Origin: Octopus bimaculoides
Lineage: Eukaryota
Direction: 5' to 3'
DNA: 64,000 bases
Assembly: GCF_001194135.2 (NCBI RefSeq)
Contig: NC_068989.1
Span: 19,326,468-19,390,467, forward strand
Each line of letters begins with the position of its first letter. Position 1 is the stretch's first letter. Positions 39,765 to 53,490 of the stretch are shown here, in pieces. Made by a program: the position numbers and the translations under genes. The notes below the pieces were generated by a model, which was not told the origin of the DNA, did no database searches, and saw only the letters and a program-made list of their open reading frames with translations.

Positions 39765-42700
39765 TTAATAACTGCTGCTACTACTACTACTACTACTACT
39801 ACTAAAAATAATAAATAATAATTCTATTACATGCACAAAGCCTGAAATTTTGTATGAGGAAGTTGACTAATTACATTCACCCCAAGGCTGAACTGGTATT
39901 TATTTTATTGACCCTGGAATGATGAAAGGCAAATTCAACTACAGCAGCATTTGAACAACATCAACAACAAAAACAACAATAATCCCTTATTTTCCATACT
40001 AATACAAGCTACACAGTTGTGCAGTATACATAAAAAGAGGCTCTACAAGGGCCACTCAACTTGTTTGTAATAGCAACTAAATTTTTCTTGAATTTTACGT
40101 GGTTGCCCTATAAAAAGAACATATTACATAATATATTCTTAGATAGTAGATCTGGTAGACAGAAGCTGAAAGAAGCCTGTCATGTGTATGTGTACATGCA
40201 TGCTGTATCTTTTTTTCTTACCACTATGCGACAGTTGTAAAAAAAGTATCACCTTCTTACAGGCAGTGTCATTTGTATTCAATCTTCTGTAAAAACATGA
40301 TCAACCATGGAGAAATATTATCTTGCCTCGAAGCAGGTGGAGGTAGGTAAGAGGTAGGGCATCCAACCATAAGCAATCTGCCTCATCTAATTCCATCTGA
40401 CCCATGCAAGTATAAAGAAAAGTGGAAAACAATAACGATGATCTCTAAATTTTAGAAAACAAAAGAAAAATAAAAGATAGATTGGATGGTCATGGCTACA
40501 TGTTTGGTTATAGATCTGCTTAGTTGGAGCTGACATGGGGCTAGACAACAAAAACAATGTGGTTTTACTTTAAGATTTCAGAAAACTTAATTTGAAAAAC
40601 TTATTGTCTGTATTAAACTCATATATGTCTATATTCCTAACGAGTGACACTGTCTTCCAATTAATTTTGAAATTATTTGAGAATTTTGAGGATTGAGTAA
40701 AATAATTTGTTTTGTTATTAAGCTGATGTTGAGAACAACATAAAAGATGATGTGATTGTTTTTTTTTTTTTAGAATGACATTGTAGGATAGGTGTGAGAG
40801 GCTGGATCTGGTCAGTTTGAACATAAAATAGAGAGAATACTTTGGCCAGATATGGCCTGTTTAAATGCTAAAGAGTTAAAACAATCCTATTATTTTTTTA
40901 TAATTAAATATTATAACAAATTGTTAAAATATTTTGTGTATTGTAGAAGTATAACCAATGTAGTGCAGATAAATTTTAACAACAAAATCTTATATGGTGG
41001 ACCTTGATTGAGAACCACTGATGTAGATGGTTGGTTTCATGAAGATGTTAAATGCAGTTATGGCTGTGTGGTTAAGAAGTTCACTTCTCAATCACATAGC
41101 TTAAGGTTAACCAGTGTGTGTGTGAATATTTACAAAACCACAAAACTATGCTGAGCTAGAAGGTCACCTTCAAATAACAGCATCATTTGTAGTTGAATTG
41201 AGACTGGTGAAGTGTGTTGATATTTTCTTTCAACAAAATCATTCACTATCTTTATGTTTTCAAATTCCTCTGGAATAAAAATACCTTTCTTGAAAACACA
41301 GGTAAAGGTTGCCAATTGTATGTGCATCTAGCTGTAAAAATTTCAACTGAAAATTTGCTTCTGTGTAAGCCATGGGAACCAAAGTGTTAAATGAAATGTA
41401 TGAACAAAAGTTTGGTGTCTGACTAATTAACCTGAATGACTTTATAATTTAATATGAGCAAGTAAGGCAGTAAACTTGTAGAAGTTGCACAAAATGAGTA
41501 GCAACATTTCTCCTTGCCCTCTACATTCCAAGCTCAAATGCCACCAAGGTCAACTTCACCGTCCATCTCTTTGGGAGTCAATAAACTAAGTGCCAGTTGA
41601 ACACTGCTGTTAATGTAATTGACTTTCCCCTCCCCTCAAAATTGCTGGCCTTGTGCCAAAATTTAGATAAAATTCAAACAGGGCAGCAGCAATGTTCATT
41701 GACCTCACTGGTTAAGCTATTACGATATATCTATCCTTTTGATTTTTAAAATTTCCTCTTTGATTTCTTACCACATCAAGGCATATATATCATTTTTAGT
41801 TTTCATGTCATTTTCTTACTTGTCTTTTTAAGAATATGAAATTACTACGAGGAATGGATTCCCAGTCCCTTCACACTCGTCTCTTTTAGTTGCCTCTTAT
41901 GCCACGCAGGGAATACGGTGACTGCATTCTACCCCGCCAGTCGCAAGGGGTTTGCTAGTTAACCCATAGCTGAGACCCTTACAGGTGCTACCACTCCGGG
42001 TCAGAGTAGACCCAAGAACAATAGTGGCTAAGAGGTGGTTCCACACTCCTCAAACCCTGCCTGAAACCAGGACCCCAGGGTCCCACTACCAGATCTAATT
42101 TATAGTCATACCAATATGGATTTTGTATTTCCCTCGCTTTATTATCAGAGCCTTGCAATGTATTTTAAGTTTGAACTTTTATTTTAGTGGCCATCCTGTT
42201 TCTCTCGTCTAAGTCCCTCCACAGATGCTTGACGTTGTATTTATAAGAGTAATTCTTTAAATCATCCACTTTTAGGTAGGCTCTGCATTCGTGTTTTGTT
42301 CTTTTGAGTACTGTTCTGATGTTGGATTGTCCACAGATTCTTTGTATTTTAGCATTTATTAACGTAAGGCAGACTTCACAGTAAGTTTAGGTCTTAGTTC
42401 TACTTCATGTTTCTTAGTGGATATCTACCTGTGTGTGTGCATGCGTGCGTATCTAGATAGATAGATAGATAAACACATACACACACATATATTTCAGATA
42501 TCTTTGATAGCTATTTATTTCTTTTGGATGTATTTCCTAGAAGGCAGACTTTTTTGTTTGTAAACAACTTTATGAGGTGCAGATGATCTTTTTACCTAAT
42601 GTTACTTACCAGCATCTGACAATTCCTATCTTAGTTTCTTTCTTACAATGGCATCATGTGAGTTCAGTCAAAACACAAAAACACATACATTCTAACAGAC

Positions 42701-43604
42701 ACCACATTCAAAACATTGATGATGAAGATGTGTACATATACATACATGTGTATGTATATCCATATGTATGCATATAAATATATACAATGCTTTGAATTTA
42801 CTTATAAACACACATGAATACACTAACACACACGTTATTCTATTTTTCTAATACCATTTTCAGTCAGAGTCTGTGGCCATGCTGGAGCACTGCCATAAGG
42901 ATTAATGCTTGTTTATTTTAAACTCATTCTCTGGAATTAATCCTGGTGTAGTAGTGAGTAGGACAGAGCTGCCATGGTGTGAATGCATCTAGTATATCAA
43001 ATAAAAATTTGTCTAATTGTTCTTTTAAGTACATCCACTCCTAGTAGATCTCCAAGGAGTATAGGACAAAACCCCTTAGAAAAAAAAACCTTTGGGACAA
43101 AAAGCAAAACAAAAAGAGAAAGGCAATTTTGAAATCATAATTTTTATTCTTATTTATAGTTTATGAACACTCCTCTTAGATATAAAATATTACATTAATC
43201 ATAAAAATGAACATAATAAAAAGAACATCATACCACATCTTTGAAAAATTTAAATAAATACATTATTGACAGCCTCATTAAGTGTTGAGATTCATACCCT
43301 ACACCATACAGAAATTCCTCTAAGGTCTTCCTTTCATTCACATAGTCCAGAGGTGGATTTTGTCCAGACCCCATCTCTGAGGATTCTGGCAAGTTGTTGA
43401 AAAGTTGTGGGCCTTTTGATTGCTAAGCTGTTATCTTGTTGAATTCTTACTCCACAACATAGAGGGTGGGATCTGTGGTACTATACAGCAATGTCCAGTT
43501 TGATGACTGGTATAGCTTTCAATCCCATCCCGTATGTAAACAATTGTTAAAGTGTAAACTTGATAATGTAGGTAATATCATAATTTCTGGTTATCCATTT
43601 GCAG

Positions 43605-43723
43605 AGAACTGGATTATACTTTGGGTATATTCCAAAGCATTGGTTTCAAAGAATTCCATGAATATCTCATCTTGAGTGAGGAAGAAAGAAATACAAAGAA
43701 AGGAGAACAACTTTTTAATGAAG
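43605..43723 (+). CDS. TRIT1: Next internal exon (119 nt) of TRIT1: (T)ELDYTLGIFQSIGFKEFHEYLILSEEERNTKKGEQLFNE(G)
   Basis: TTTGCAG acceptor ends at 43604 and GTTTGT donor starts at 43724. Phase fits the previous exon (AC|A = Thr). It contains the family motif GIFQSIGFKEFHEYL. Confidence 0.96.
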
Positions 43724-44019
43724 GTTTGTCATTTATTTATTTGGTTTTGTCTTTTTGCCTTCTTTCTTTGAATTTTTGTCATGATTTTAATATAATTCCT
43801 TGTTGTTGCTGTTGTAAAAATACACAAGGAGCCTCAATGTGGTGTTCAAACCCTCTAGAAATAGTTGCCAAATCTCATCTAAATATTGCAAGTGGACATT
43901 GATAAACAAAACAATGGGATGGTTACAATTGGAATAGATTTGGGCTAAACATCATCATTAACATCATCGATAACAACAACAGCAAGTAATACTTATAGTG
44001 TAGTAGTACTTATTGTATA

Positions 44020-45190
44020 TCTATCTTATATATTAAAAGGCAAGTTGTCTGTTTGTGTGTGTGTTGTGTAAACCACTTCTACTCCTACAATTTTCAACCA
44101 AATTTGATATGTGTGCTCTCTTTGACTTACCAAGGTCAACTTCACCTTCCATCTTTTTGGGAGTCAATAAACTAAGTGCCAGTTGAACACTGCTGCTAAT
44201 GTAATTGACTTTCCCCTCCCCTCAAATTTGCTGGCCTTGTGCCAAAATTTAGATAAAATTCAAATAGGGCAGAAGCAATGTTCATTGAACTTACTGGTTA
44301 AGCTATTACGATATATCCTTACTGCCCACTCCTATCAAACACTTTCAATGCCCACATCAACATTGAGTTTTACAACTCAGTTAAGTCCATAAAGTACATT
44401 TGTAAGTATGCGAACAAAGGTTCCAGTGCTGCAATATTTGGACTTTAACAAGAACACTGTCAGGATGAGGTGACGCTGTATCAGGTGGGACGGTACATAA
44501 GTAGCAATGAGGCTTTCTGGTGCATCTTTGGCTTTCCACTTCACCAACAACACCCCCACCATTCAACAGCTTGCAGTTCACCTGAAAAACAGTCAAAGCG
44601 TGTACTTCACCGATGCTAATGCTTCTCTGTTGGCAGAGGAACCAAGGGATAGCACACTAACTGCATTCTTCAAGCTTTGTCAAGTCGATCCATTTGCCCA
44701 AACCTTGCAGTATCCACAGATTCCATCGTACTACACTTGGAATGGAAAAAAATGGTCCCAAAGGAAGGCCGATCAAAATGTTCATGGATACCCTGGCATT
44801 AAGTTTGACACTTGCCTCAAGCAAGTTTACACAGTGCATCCCACTCAACACAAGTGCTTCTACCTTCGTCTACTACTGCATGAGGTCAGATTGCCAACGT
44901 GTTTCCAGACCCTATGGACATGTCTGCACAACATACAAAGAAGCCTGCTATCGACAAGGTTGCTGTATCGGAATCACTTAAAAGTCTCAGGGCACTATTT
45001 GCAGTATCACTACAGACATGCGAACTGTGTGATCCTGCCTCTCTGTGGCTCAGATACAGAGACAACCTGGCTGAAGACTTTAAGCGGCAAGCTCAACTGC
45101 TCTATCCTGACATGGAGGGTATCAGTGATAAAGTCTACAACAGAGCTCTCATTGACATTGAAAACAGAATTGCTGTCCACATACTCATAA
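44020..45190 (+). mobile_element. Helitron relic: 5' terminus plus a frameshifted Rep/helicase fragment
   Basis: A|TCTATCTTATATATTAAAAG 5' end. Peptides include PYCPLLSNTFNAHINIEFYNSVKSIKYICKYANKGS, GRYISSNEAFW, QQLAVHLKNSQSVYF, STLTAFFKLCQVD and YTVHPTQHKCFYLRLLLHEV, typical of the region between the Rep and PIF1-helicase domains. Confidence 0.9.
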
Positions 45191-46892
45191 CTGCTAACCT
45201 CTTTGCAAGTTTTTAAAATCTTTCTTGGCACAAGGGAATCCATATACATAAACATAGCCTTTATATAACGACATAACCTATATAAAACACACACACACAC
45301 ATATATGTAACATATAGTATAATTATAAACAGGGCAAATTTTTAGCTATTTCTCGGCAGAAAATGGTGAACAACCTTCATTGATTTTTGAATCTTATTGC
45401 GTTCTCATCATTCTGACAGTTACTCTATGAAGGAGTCCCTAATTTGCATACCGAATATTTATTGCGTTTAACACACAATAAATGCCAGCAGCCTGTCAAC
45501 AGGGATCTTAGTCCACACAGTATCAAGGTATGATATAATAAATATGTAACATATGGTACAATTTATAAACAGGGCATATTTTTAGCCATTTCTCTGTGGA
45601 CTAAAGCAAATGATGAACAACCTTAATTGATATTTGAACCTGATTGAGTTCTCATCAGAGGCATCTACATCATTCTGACAGTCTCCAGAGAAACAAGCAG
45701 CCAAACATACACACATATATAGGCAAACACACACAGAAGTGCAGGCATGGTTGTGTATTATTATTATTAGTCATGCTTAGCCTAGATCAGATCTGATCTT
45801 ATAGAACTTGTGACCAAACCCATCCAAATGTAACCACTTTCTCTTTTTATTCAGTCATTCTGTATCTAGGACTACATTATCCAAAGATAGTAAAAGTGTG
45901 ATTTGGTGTAAGTTTTGTTGCTGTTTCTAGCAGATTCCTGGCTCATAGATGAAATATATTTAAAATCGGTAAATACATTTTCAAATGTACAGAGTTATTA
46001 TTTAGTTATATGGTGTCTTATGTAACTTATGTAATTTTGCAAACAGAATTACTGGGCTACAGATATTTATTGCAGAAATGGTAGTGGTTGTTGCTACAGT
46101 TTTTAGTTTGTTTCAGCCATCATAGCTTAAGCCATGCTTAAGAGCAACATCTGATAGCAATAGGATTATTAAGTTCTGATGGTGTGGTTGGGATACTAAT
46201 AACAGTTAAGCTTTAATGGTTGTGACGGTGGTGGTTGGGATAGCGATGGTTTAATGGTGGTAGCAGTGCTGGTGGCTGTGGCTTGGTGGTAGTGGTGATG
46301 TTTGTGAGTTTCTGTGGAGCATCAAAATAAAGAGAGGTGGTCAGTGAAAGGGGAAGGTCTGATGATGCTGACATTTGGGAAGTTAGTTGATGGCCAGAAT
46401 AAGGATGGAAAGGGGAGAGGGTAAAAGGAAAGGATGTTGATGACACTTGATGTGGTGGTCACAATAATAATGGCAGGGCTCCTGACCCTGAACAAAGGCA
46501 TCCTGTAGAAAACAACCAGTTTGGTTGGGGTGGAGTCTGAAGTACTTTCTAAAAAAAATGATGTTAAAACGTCCCCTTCAGCTGAATTACTCCCCTGTTT
46601 ATACATTCATGTTTCACACACTATTCATACATATAGACTTCATTTTTGTATTGATGTAAACTCATGTGTCGAAACAGGATTTTGATTAATCAATGGATTA
46701 ATCAAACAATCAAATTTTAATTGATTAACTAGCTGGCTAATAATAATAATTAATTCGTTTTATTGGCCACAAGGGCTAATATCAATTAAAAACATATAAG
46801 GACAAAGACAGGACGAAGGTTACAAAAGGTTTTGTCCGAAAAGGTAGGAAAGTTCGTCTAAACAGAGGAAGAAAACGGAGAAAGATATAATA

Positions 46893-47691
46893 NNNNNNNN
46901 NNNNNNNNNNNNNNNNNNNNNNNNNNNNNNNNNNNNNNNNNNNNNNNNNNNNNNNNNNNNNNNNNNNNNNNNNNNNNNNNNNNNNNNNNNNNNNNNNNNN
47001 NNNNNNNNNNNNNNNNNNNNNNNNNNNNNNNNNNNNNNNNNNNNNNNNNNNNNNNNNNNNNNNNNNNNNNNNNNNNNNNNNNNNNNNNNNNNNNNNNNNN
47101 NNNNNNNNNNNNNNNNNNNNNNNNNNNNNNNNNNNNNNNNNNNNNNNNNNNNNNNNNNNNNNNNNNNNNNNNNNNNNNNNNNNNNNNNNNNNNNNNNNNN
47201 NNNNNNNNNNNNNNNNNNNNNNNNNNNNNNNNNNNNNNNNNNNNNNNNNNNNNNNNNNNNNNNNNNNNNNNNNNNNNNNNNNNNNNNNNNNNNNNNNNNN
47301 NNNNNNNNNNNNNNNNNNNNNNNNNNNNNNNNNNNNNNNNNNNNNNNNNNNNNNNNNNNNNNNNNNNNNNNNNNNNNNNNNNNNNNNNNNNNNNNNNNNN
47401 NNNNNNNNNNNNNNNNNNNNNNNNNNNNNNNNNNNNNNNNNNNNNNNNNNNNNNNNNNNNNNNNNNNNNNNNNNNNNNNNNNNNNNNNNNNNNNNNNNNN
47501 NNNNNNNNNNNNNNNNNNNNNNNNNNNNNNNNNNNNNNNNNNNNNNNNNNNNNNNNNNNNNNNNNNNNNNNNNNNNNNNNNNNNNNNNNNNNNNNNNNNN
47601 NNNNNNNNNNNNNNNNNNNNNNNNNNNNNNNNNNNNNNNNNNNNNNNNNNNNNNNNNNNNNNNNNNNNNNNNNNNNNNNNNNNNNNNNNNN
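46893..47691. other. Assembly gap (largest). Others: 10255-10358, 14651-14660, 20306-20407, 33127-33170, 37136-37603, 47911-47920, 49961-50051, 54858-55036, 57992-58247, 60044-60776, 61607-61840
   Basis: N runs, mostly next to (TA)n. Confidence 0.99.
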
Positions 47692-47726
47692 AGTGAAAGC
47701 ATGTTATAAAAATAAAACTACTGAAC

Positions 47727-47761
<35 letters not shown>

Positions 47762-49601
47762 TTTCATTTATTTGCCACAAGGGCAAAAGATGAGGGGGAC
47801 AATACAAAGACAGCCATAAAGAATGGGTGTTTACATTATACACATATACAATGAAAAGGAATGGTTCCGGGTTCATTCCCACTGCGTGGCATCTTGGGCA
47901 AGTGTCTTCTNNNNNNNNNNGGGGGGGGAGATGATAGAGATGTAGCCCTCTTGATAGAGGATGACCTCTAAGGATAATTGAGGAACCCCACTGTCCAAGA
48001 TTTCCAAGAGCATGTGCCCTCTCCAATTCCTTCCCTCTGGACTATGTGAATGAAAGGAAAACCATGGAGGAATTTCTAAATGGCATAGGGCATAGCATCA
48101 GGTTGTAGTAAAATGAACCTCAACACTTAATGAGGTTTTCAATATTGTGTTTGTTTTATTATGCTCATTTTTATGATTGGAGTTATTAAATAATTAATGT
48201 AATATTTTACGTGTCAGAGGAATGCTCATAAACTACAAATAATAATAAAAATTATGGTTTCAAAATTGCATTCTTTAGTCCTAGAGGGGTTTTGTTCTCA
48301 AGGTTTTTTTTTTTTTTCATTTTATTCTAGTGGGTTTTGTCCTGCACTCACTTCACTGGTACTTATTTCATAGACCCTGAAAGGATGAAAGACAAAGTGA
48401 ACCTTGTTTGAATTTGAACCTAGAACATAAAGAAAGATGAAATGCTGCTTAGCATTTTGTCTAACATTATTAATGATTCTGACAGCTCACCACTTTGACT
48501 AATAATAATAATAAAAGAAATGAAAGAGAACCAGTGCATGTGTTTATTATTGGCATAATGACTGTCCCTACAAGACATGCATATATAGTTTACACATATA
48601 CATACACTACATTCATACACACAGGATATCTATATAACACATACATACACATAAGAACCAACAAAGGGGACTCTGAATAATGGCTTGCCCTGCTAGAAAT
48701 TGCAGCTAAACCTCCCTCAAATCCCACCTTACCATCTTAAAAGGAAGCATATATCAGATTAGGAAAATATTCTTTAAAAAAAGGAAAAGATGGGATTGTT
48801 ATGTTTGGAATGCTTGGCTCAAGGTTGACTTGGGGGCCACAAACAACAACACTCTCAATACAAACCAAATATAAACACTTTTATACATACATGCACTTTC
48901 AGCTTGTCTAGTCTCCTGAAGAAAATATAAGAGTGAACAACAACACAACAGCATGAAAGCAACAGGGGTCCAGAAGGATTTAAGGGTTCTGAAATGTGGT
49001 TTTGTTGAACCAAGTATGTATCCACCTTGACAGAGGTAGGGGCTGTTCAGAGCCTCTGCCTCTTGGCTATTCAAGCATATTTTTTCTTCCCTCTTGCTAT
49101 TTGCCTTATTTTAAATCCTCCTCAATGTCATTTACAATCTGTCTGTCTGTCTCTCTCTCCACAACCTATATTACTATCAACCCCCACCCATCTCCTTCTG
49201 ATCCACACAGAGACAAGAAAAGAAACTTCTTCTCTGATAAATGAGAATATTCCTAAAGTATCCCCTTCTTTAGCCACCCCTACTACTTCTAACTTCTGCC
49301 TTTAGTAGCCCTTTTTGTGGGTTAGGGTACACTGACCAATGTGCACTCACTCAGCTGACCTTACATTCCATAAGATACTTAATCACATTATTTTTCACTA
49401 TGTGTGTGTGTGTGTGTGTGTGAAATGAAAATAATAAGATATAGAAATCCTTAATGATTCATTAGAATTGTTTCTATACCAACTCTGTTTACAATGCCAG
49501 TTTACACAATATTCAAAGTAAAAATTTACATATGTGCAATTTTAGACATTAGAGTGGCACTTCATTAGACTTGCATCAAAGGTGCATTTGTATGTGAGTG
49601 C

Positions 49602-49654
<53 letters not shown>

Positions 49655-49715
49655 ATCGCGTGTGCTTCATAGGCGATTTTCTTTCTCCGTGTTCCCTTCT
49701 TTGGACTTTTTCTAT

Positions 49716-49750
49716 ATTTCTGACGAAGATCTCCGATCGAAACATTAATT
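49716..49750 (+). ncRNA. Degenerate minimal hammerhead motif in a Penelope-like terminal fragment (~49670-49850)
   Basis: CTGACGA-A-GATC-TCC-GATC-GAA-AC-AT-T-AATT. Core and stem II are intact; stems I and III are weak. Confidence 0.5.
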
Positions 49751-50216
49751 CCTCTTTCTTTTCTTTCCTTTCCTGAGCATCCAATAACACTGTACTTATT
49801 CCACGTTCTCGCATTGTTTTTTCGTGTTTTTTCTTGCTTGTTCATGTTTAAATTATATATATATATATATAGTTTTAGCTTTTAAGATGCAATATAACAA
49901 CAATAATAATAAAATCAAGATAAAATTGGGAATGCATTGCGACCATCAGTGGCCTAATCANNNNNNNNNNNNNNNNNNNNNNNNNNNNNNNNNNNNNNNN
50001 NNNNNNNNNNNNNNNNNNNNNNNNNNNNNNNNNNNNNNNNNNNNNNNNNNNACCGCCTTTAGTCAAGCAAATCGACCCCAGGACTTATTCTTTGGAAGCC
50101 TAGTACTTATTCTATAGGTCACTTTTGCCGAACCGCTAAGTTACAGGGACATAAACACACCACCATTGGTTGTCAAGCAATGTTGGGGGGACAAATACAC
50201 ACACTACACACACATG

Positions 50217-50248
<32 letters not shown>

Positions 50249-50509
50249 CGACAGGCTTCTTTCAGTTTCCGCCTACCAAATCCACTCACAAGGCTTTGGT
50301 TGGCCCAAGGCTATAGTAGAAGACATTTGCCCAAGGTGCCATGCAGTGGGAATGAACCCGGAACCATGTGGTTGCACCCATGGAGAATCCAAGAGATATA
50401 AATGCTCAGTTTCATATATATAGTTATTTACTTGCAGTAAATTATTTTTAAAGGGATATATTATGTGTGCACACACTCGTATTTTCAACCTGAGCAGTAC
50501 ATTGAGATT

Positions 50510-51300
50510 CAATGGACCAAAAAATAAAATAATGTGCAGCTAAATGAGGAAAAATTCAAGTTCATCTACTTTGAAAAAGAGTATATACTTAAACTGCAAC
50601 ATTCTCTCTCTTCAAGGGAAGAACTTTAGTATTAAATAAATCGGATTAAGTATGGACAACAATCTAAGTAGGAGTGCACACATCAACAATAAAATCAGTT
50701 TGGCCGACAGAATATGTTTGTGGATGCTTAGAAATTTCCAGTAATGAGTTCCTGATATCATTCTTCTCTACATTTGTCAGATCTCACCATGAATATTACC
50801 ACCCACAATAGTTTCTATACACAAAACATTATAAGAAATGGAGAACCCAAGAGAGCCATCAGAAGAATAATAAATGGTATCCCTATGGAGATCGCTTTGA
50901 AAATCTCAAACTTTATTCTTTCCAATGCCTCTGTAAGCACTGTATTTTTTACTCAATGTGAAAAATATTTCAGATGCTGTCCAAACTATGCCTGTTTGAA
51001 ATTCACAATTGTCCGAAGCTTAGCCTCAGAGACATATGCTTTCTCCAAAAATCAAGCTCACATCACATAACACTACTATAACACAACTTTTTGTACCTCA
51101 GTTGGCCCTGCCATATGTAACACATCAAAATAAGTAAATAAGGTAAAGGACCTCATAACATTTCAAACTGTACCTGCACAAATTCCTCCAAGAAATACCA
51201 AACAAACCACTAACATGGCATCTGGCTACATCTTGGCAAACAGCTCCGTCCTAAAACATAACTTAAAAGACCACCTCCAAAAGTGCTATTAAGTTAGGCA
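50510..51300 (+). mobile_element. Decayed CR1-like LINE fragment
   Basis: NNVQLNEEKFK, AHINNKI..WMLRNF and EPKRAIRRIING resemble the CR1 RT C-terminal part. Confidence 0.5.
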
Positions 51301-52757
51301 TAGCATAAGCCAATAATGGTCAAAACCTAACTTAGTTTTGTGTGCGTGTGTGTGTGTGTATTCTGCCCAGTGCCATCTTAAAGCACGAACTCATTGGGAT
51401 CCTACACATCTAGTTGCTCAAAACGAATTCAATATGCTGTGGCATTGTGTCAATAAATAAATATTGTAAGCCCCAGTGCACTGCTTTGCTTGGGGGCCTA
51501 TAATGCTGCTAAAATGATCCTGACACTGTTTCCAAAACATTGAGTTTTTTTTCCCTATTGTAGACAACTTCACTCTATGATGAAAGACACCTCTACTTCT
51601 ATATGTATAACTACATATGTGTGTGTTCTTACTGTATTACAAAATATATCAATCGATTTTACCCAACACAATAACAGACAGGTGTAAATTACCTTGTCTC
51701 CACATACAATATCTTCATGGATAGAGAAAAGGGATCTGTTGGACTAGTTCCAAATCTATGTTGGGATTTCGTTAGCAACTGGATACCCAGAGACACTGCT
51801 ATTAAGATATATAGCATAGTAGAAAAAGAATAAAGATAATATGTTTATAGCTTTGTATTATATATTTATTGTGTTGGCTAAAATCTAAAGATGCAATCTG
51901 TAGTACCATCTAGCATTGAAACAAAACACTGTAAATACATCAATTGATTGAACAAGCCAAGATTGCATGATAAATGCAAATCCAAGTGTTGAATTTGCTT
52001 AAATCCTTGATAATAATTGCTTTATAAACAGGGTACTTGGTCAATAATGAAATCCCAACACAGAATCTGGTTATTTTCATTTTCTATTTTTCTGTGTAAT
52101 CACTGTATGTAATCTACAAATTAATTAGTAAATTAATTATCAAAAAATGAAATAGAGGTAAGGTTTTTAAAACTGTTGACTACATACAGTGTGGGCTAAA
52201 ATCTGTTAATTCAATCTGTAACTACAGGATTAAAGTACTCTTAACACACCAGTAATCTATTAACTGAACCAGGTGCTAAGAATGCATTATATACATAAAT
52301 CAGTCTATCAGATTTAATTAAGCCTTTAGTGGAGTTATAAGCACTGTTGTATGTGGCAAAAGTACAGGAGCAATTAGTAGTAAGGGTACACAAAAATTTA
52401 AATAAGCTCCCGTAGTGGCTTAGAAGGCTCGCCAGAGACTTTTGTTATCTAAGTGGACAAGTCACCAGTGGAAGTGGTACATTCTGAAAGTACAGTTGTC
52501 AGAGTAAGAATTAGGTGAAAATAGTTCAGGGAGTTGTTATTTATGCTGGCAACAATGTGTCTTTTCAAGCACAGCAGACTGCCAGGAATCTCAGTCCCCT
52601 GTTACACCTTCTGTGAGTTCCACATGTTTCCTCTACAATTTGAGATTGGCACCACTTGATGCAATCTACCCATCACTCAGTCAGAGTGAAGAACAGATTG
52701 CATAAAGCATATACAAGTGCAAAGTTTGAAAAGGTTGATGTTGTATAGAGAGGAACC

Positions 52758-52975
52758 GGCTACTGGAAGCTGAACAAGTCTATTTTGACTTGCGAGGCAT
52801 ACCGTAGCTGGATTAAGGGGTTAGTACAGAGGGTGTTAACCAGCACTGTGGTTAACAACCGATGGTGGTTCGCCCTCAGGAGAGCCATTAGTTTTGGGTC
52901 TATTAGGTTTAGCCATCAGCTAAGACTAGATAAGGACAGAATAGAAGGGCAACTAGTTAAGGAGAGGCTTGAATG
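52758..52975 (+). mobile_element. Tx1/L1-like LINE fragment
   Basis: GYWKLNKSIL motif, found just after the endonuclease domain in L1/Tx1 ORF2, followed by a short open frame. Confidence 0.7.
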
Positions 52976-52984
52976 TGTAAGATT

Positions 52985-53490
52985 TGTGAAGGCCAGAAAG
53001 AAGTAAGGTGAGCATGAGCCACAGAATGTGGTTAGTATGTATGAACAATGGAGCACGAGTGAGCTGAGAGAAAAAACTGGGTATAACTGGGATCAGATGA
53101 AGTAGGAGAGAAGTACTAGCAGATGATGCATATGGTACTAGTAGGTGATGCATATGGAGAATGTCAGGTAAAGTGGAGAAACTTATGGAAGAGGGAGACC
53201 AAAGAAGGCATGGAACAAAATCAGAAGACTGATCTTTAAGAGGCCGTAATTTGTGTAAGCATTGGAAAGGAGACATAAAAATATGAAGCCAGTATGCTCC
53301 ACTAGATGGGTAATGTCAGTGTGCATGTATGACAGAGTGTAAGTGATATGAAAGAAAAACTGGGTATATGAGGCATCAGATGTAGCATGCAAGAGAGAAG
53401 ACTGCACTGGTATGGCCATGTAATGCATAGGAATGAAGACAGTTGCATCAAGAGGTGCCAATCTCAAATTGTCGAGGAAACATGTGGAAC
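52985..53490 (+). mobile_element. Two decayed RTE LINE C-terminal fragments
   Basis: KEKLGI..QERRLHWYGHVMHRNEDSCIKRC resembles the RTE RRLRWFGHVxR motif; the segment is partly duplicated. Confidence 0.7.

Noticed and set aside
43621-43902. ORF MGIFQSIG... as a standalone gene
   Set aside because: The start is a TTG inside the TRIT1 exon, and the part after 43723 is intron read-through.
45620-45665. Minus-strand CTGATGA-GAAC..GTTC as an HHR
   Set aside because: G12 is missing and stems I and III do not form.
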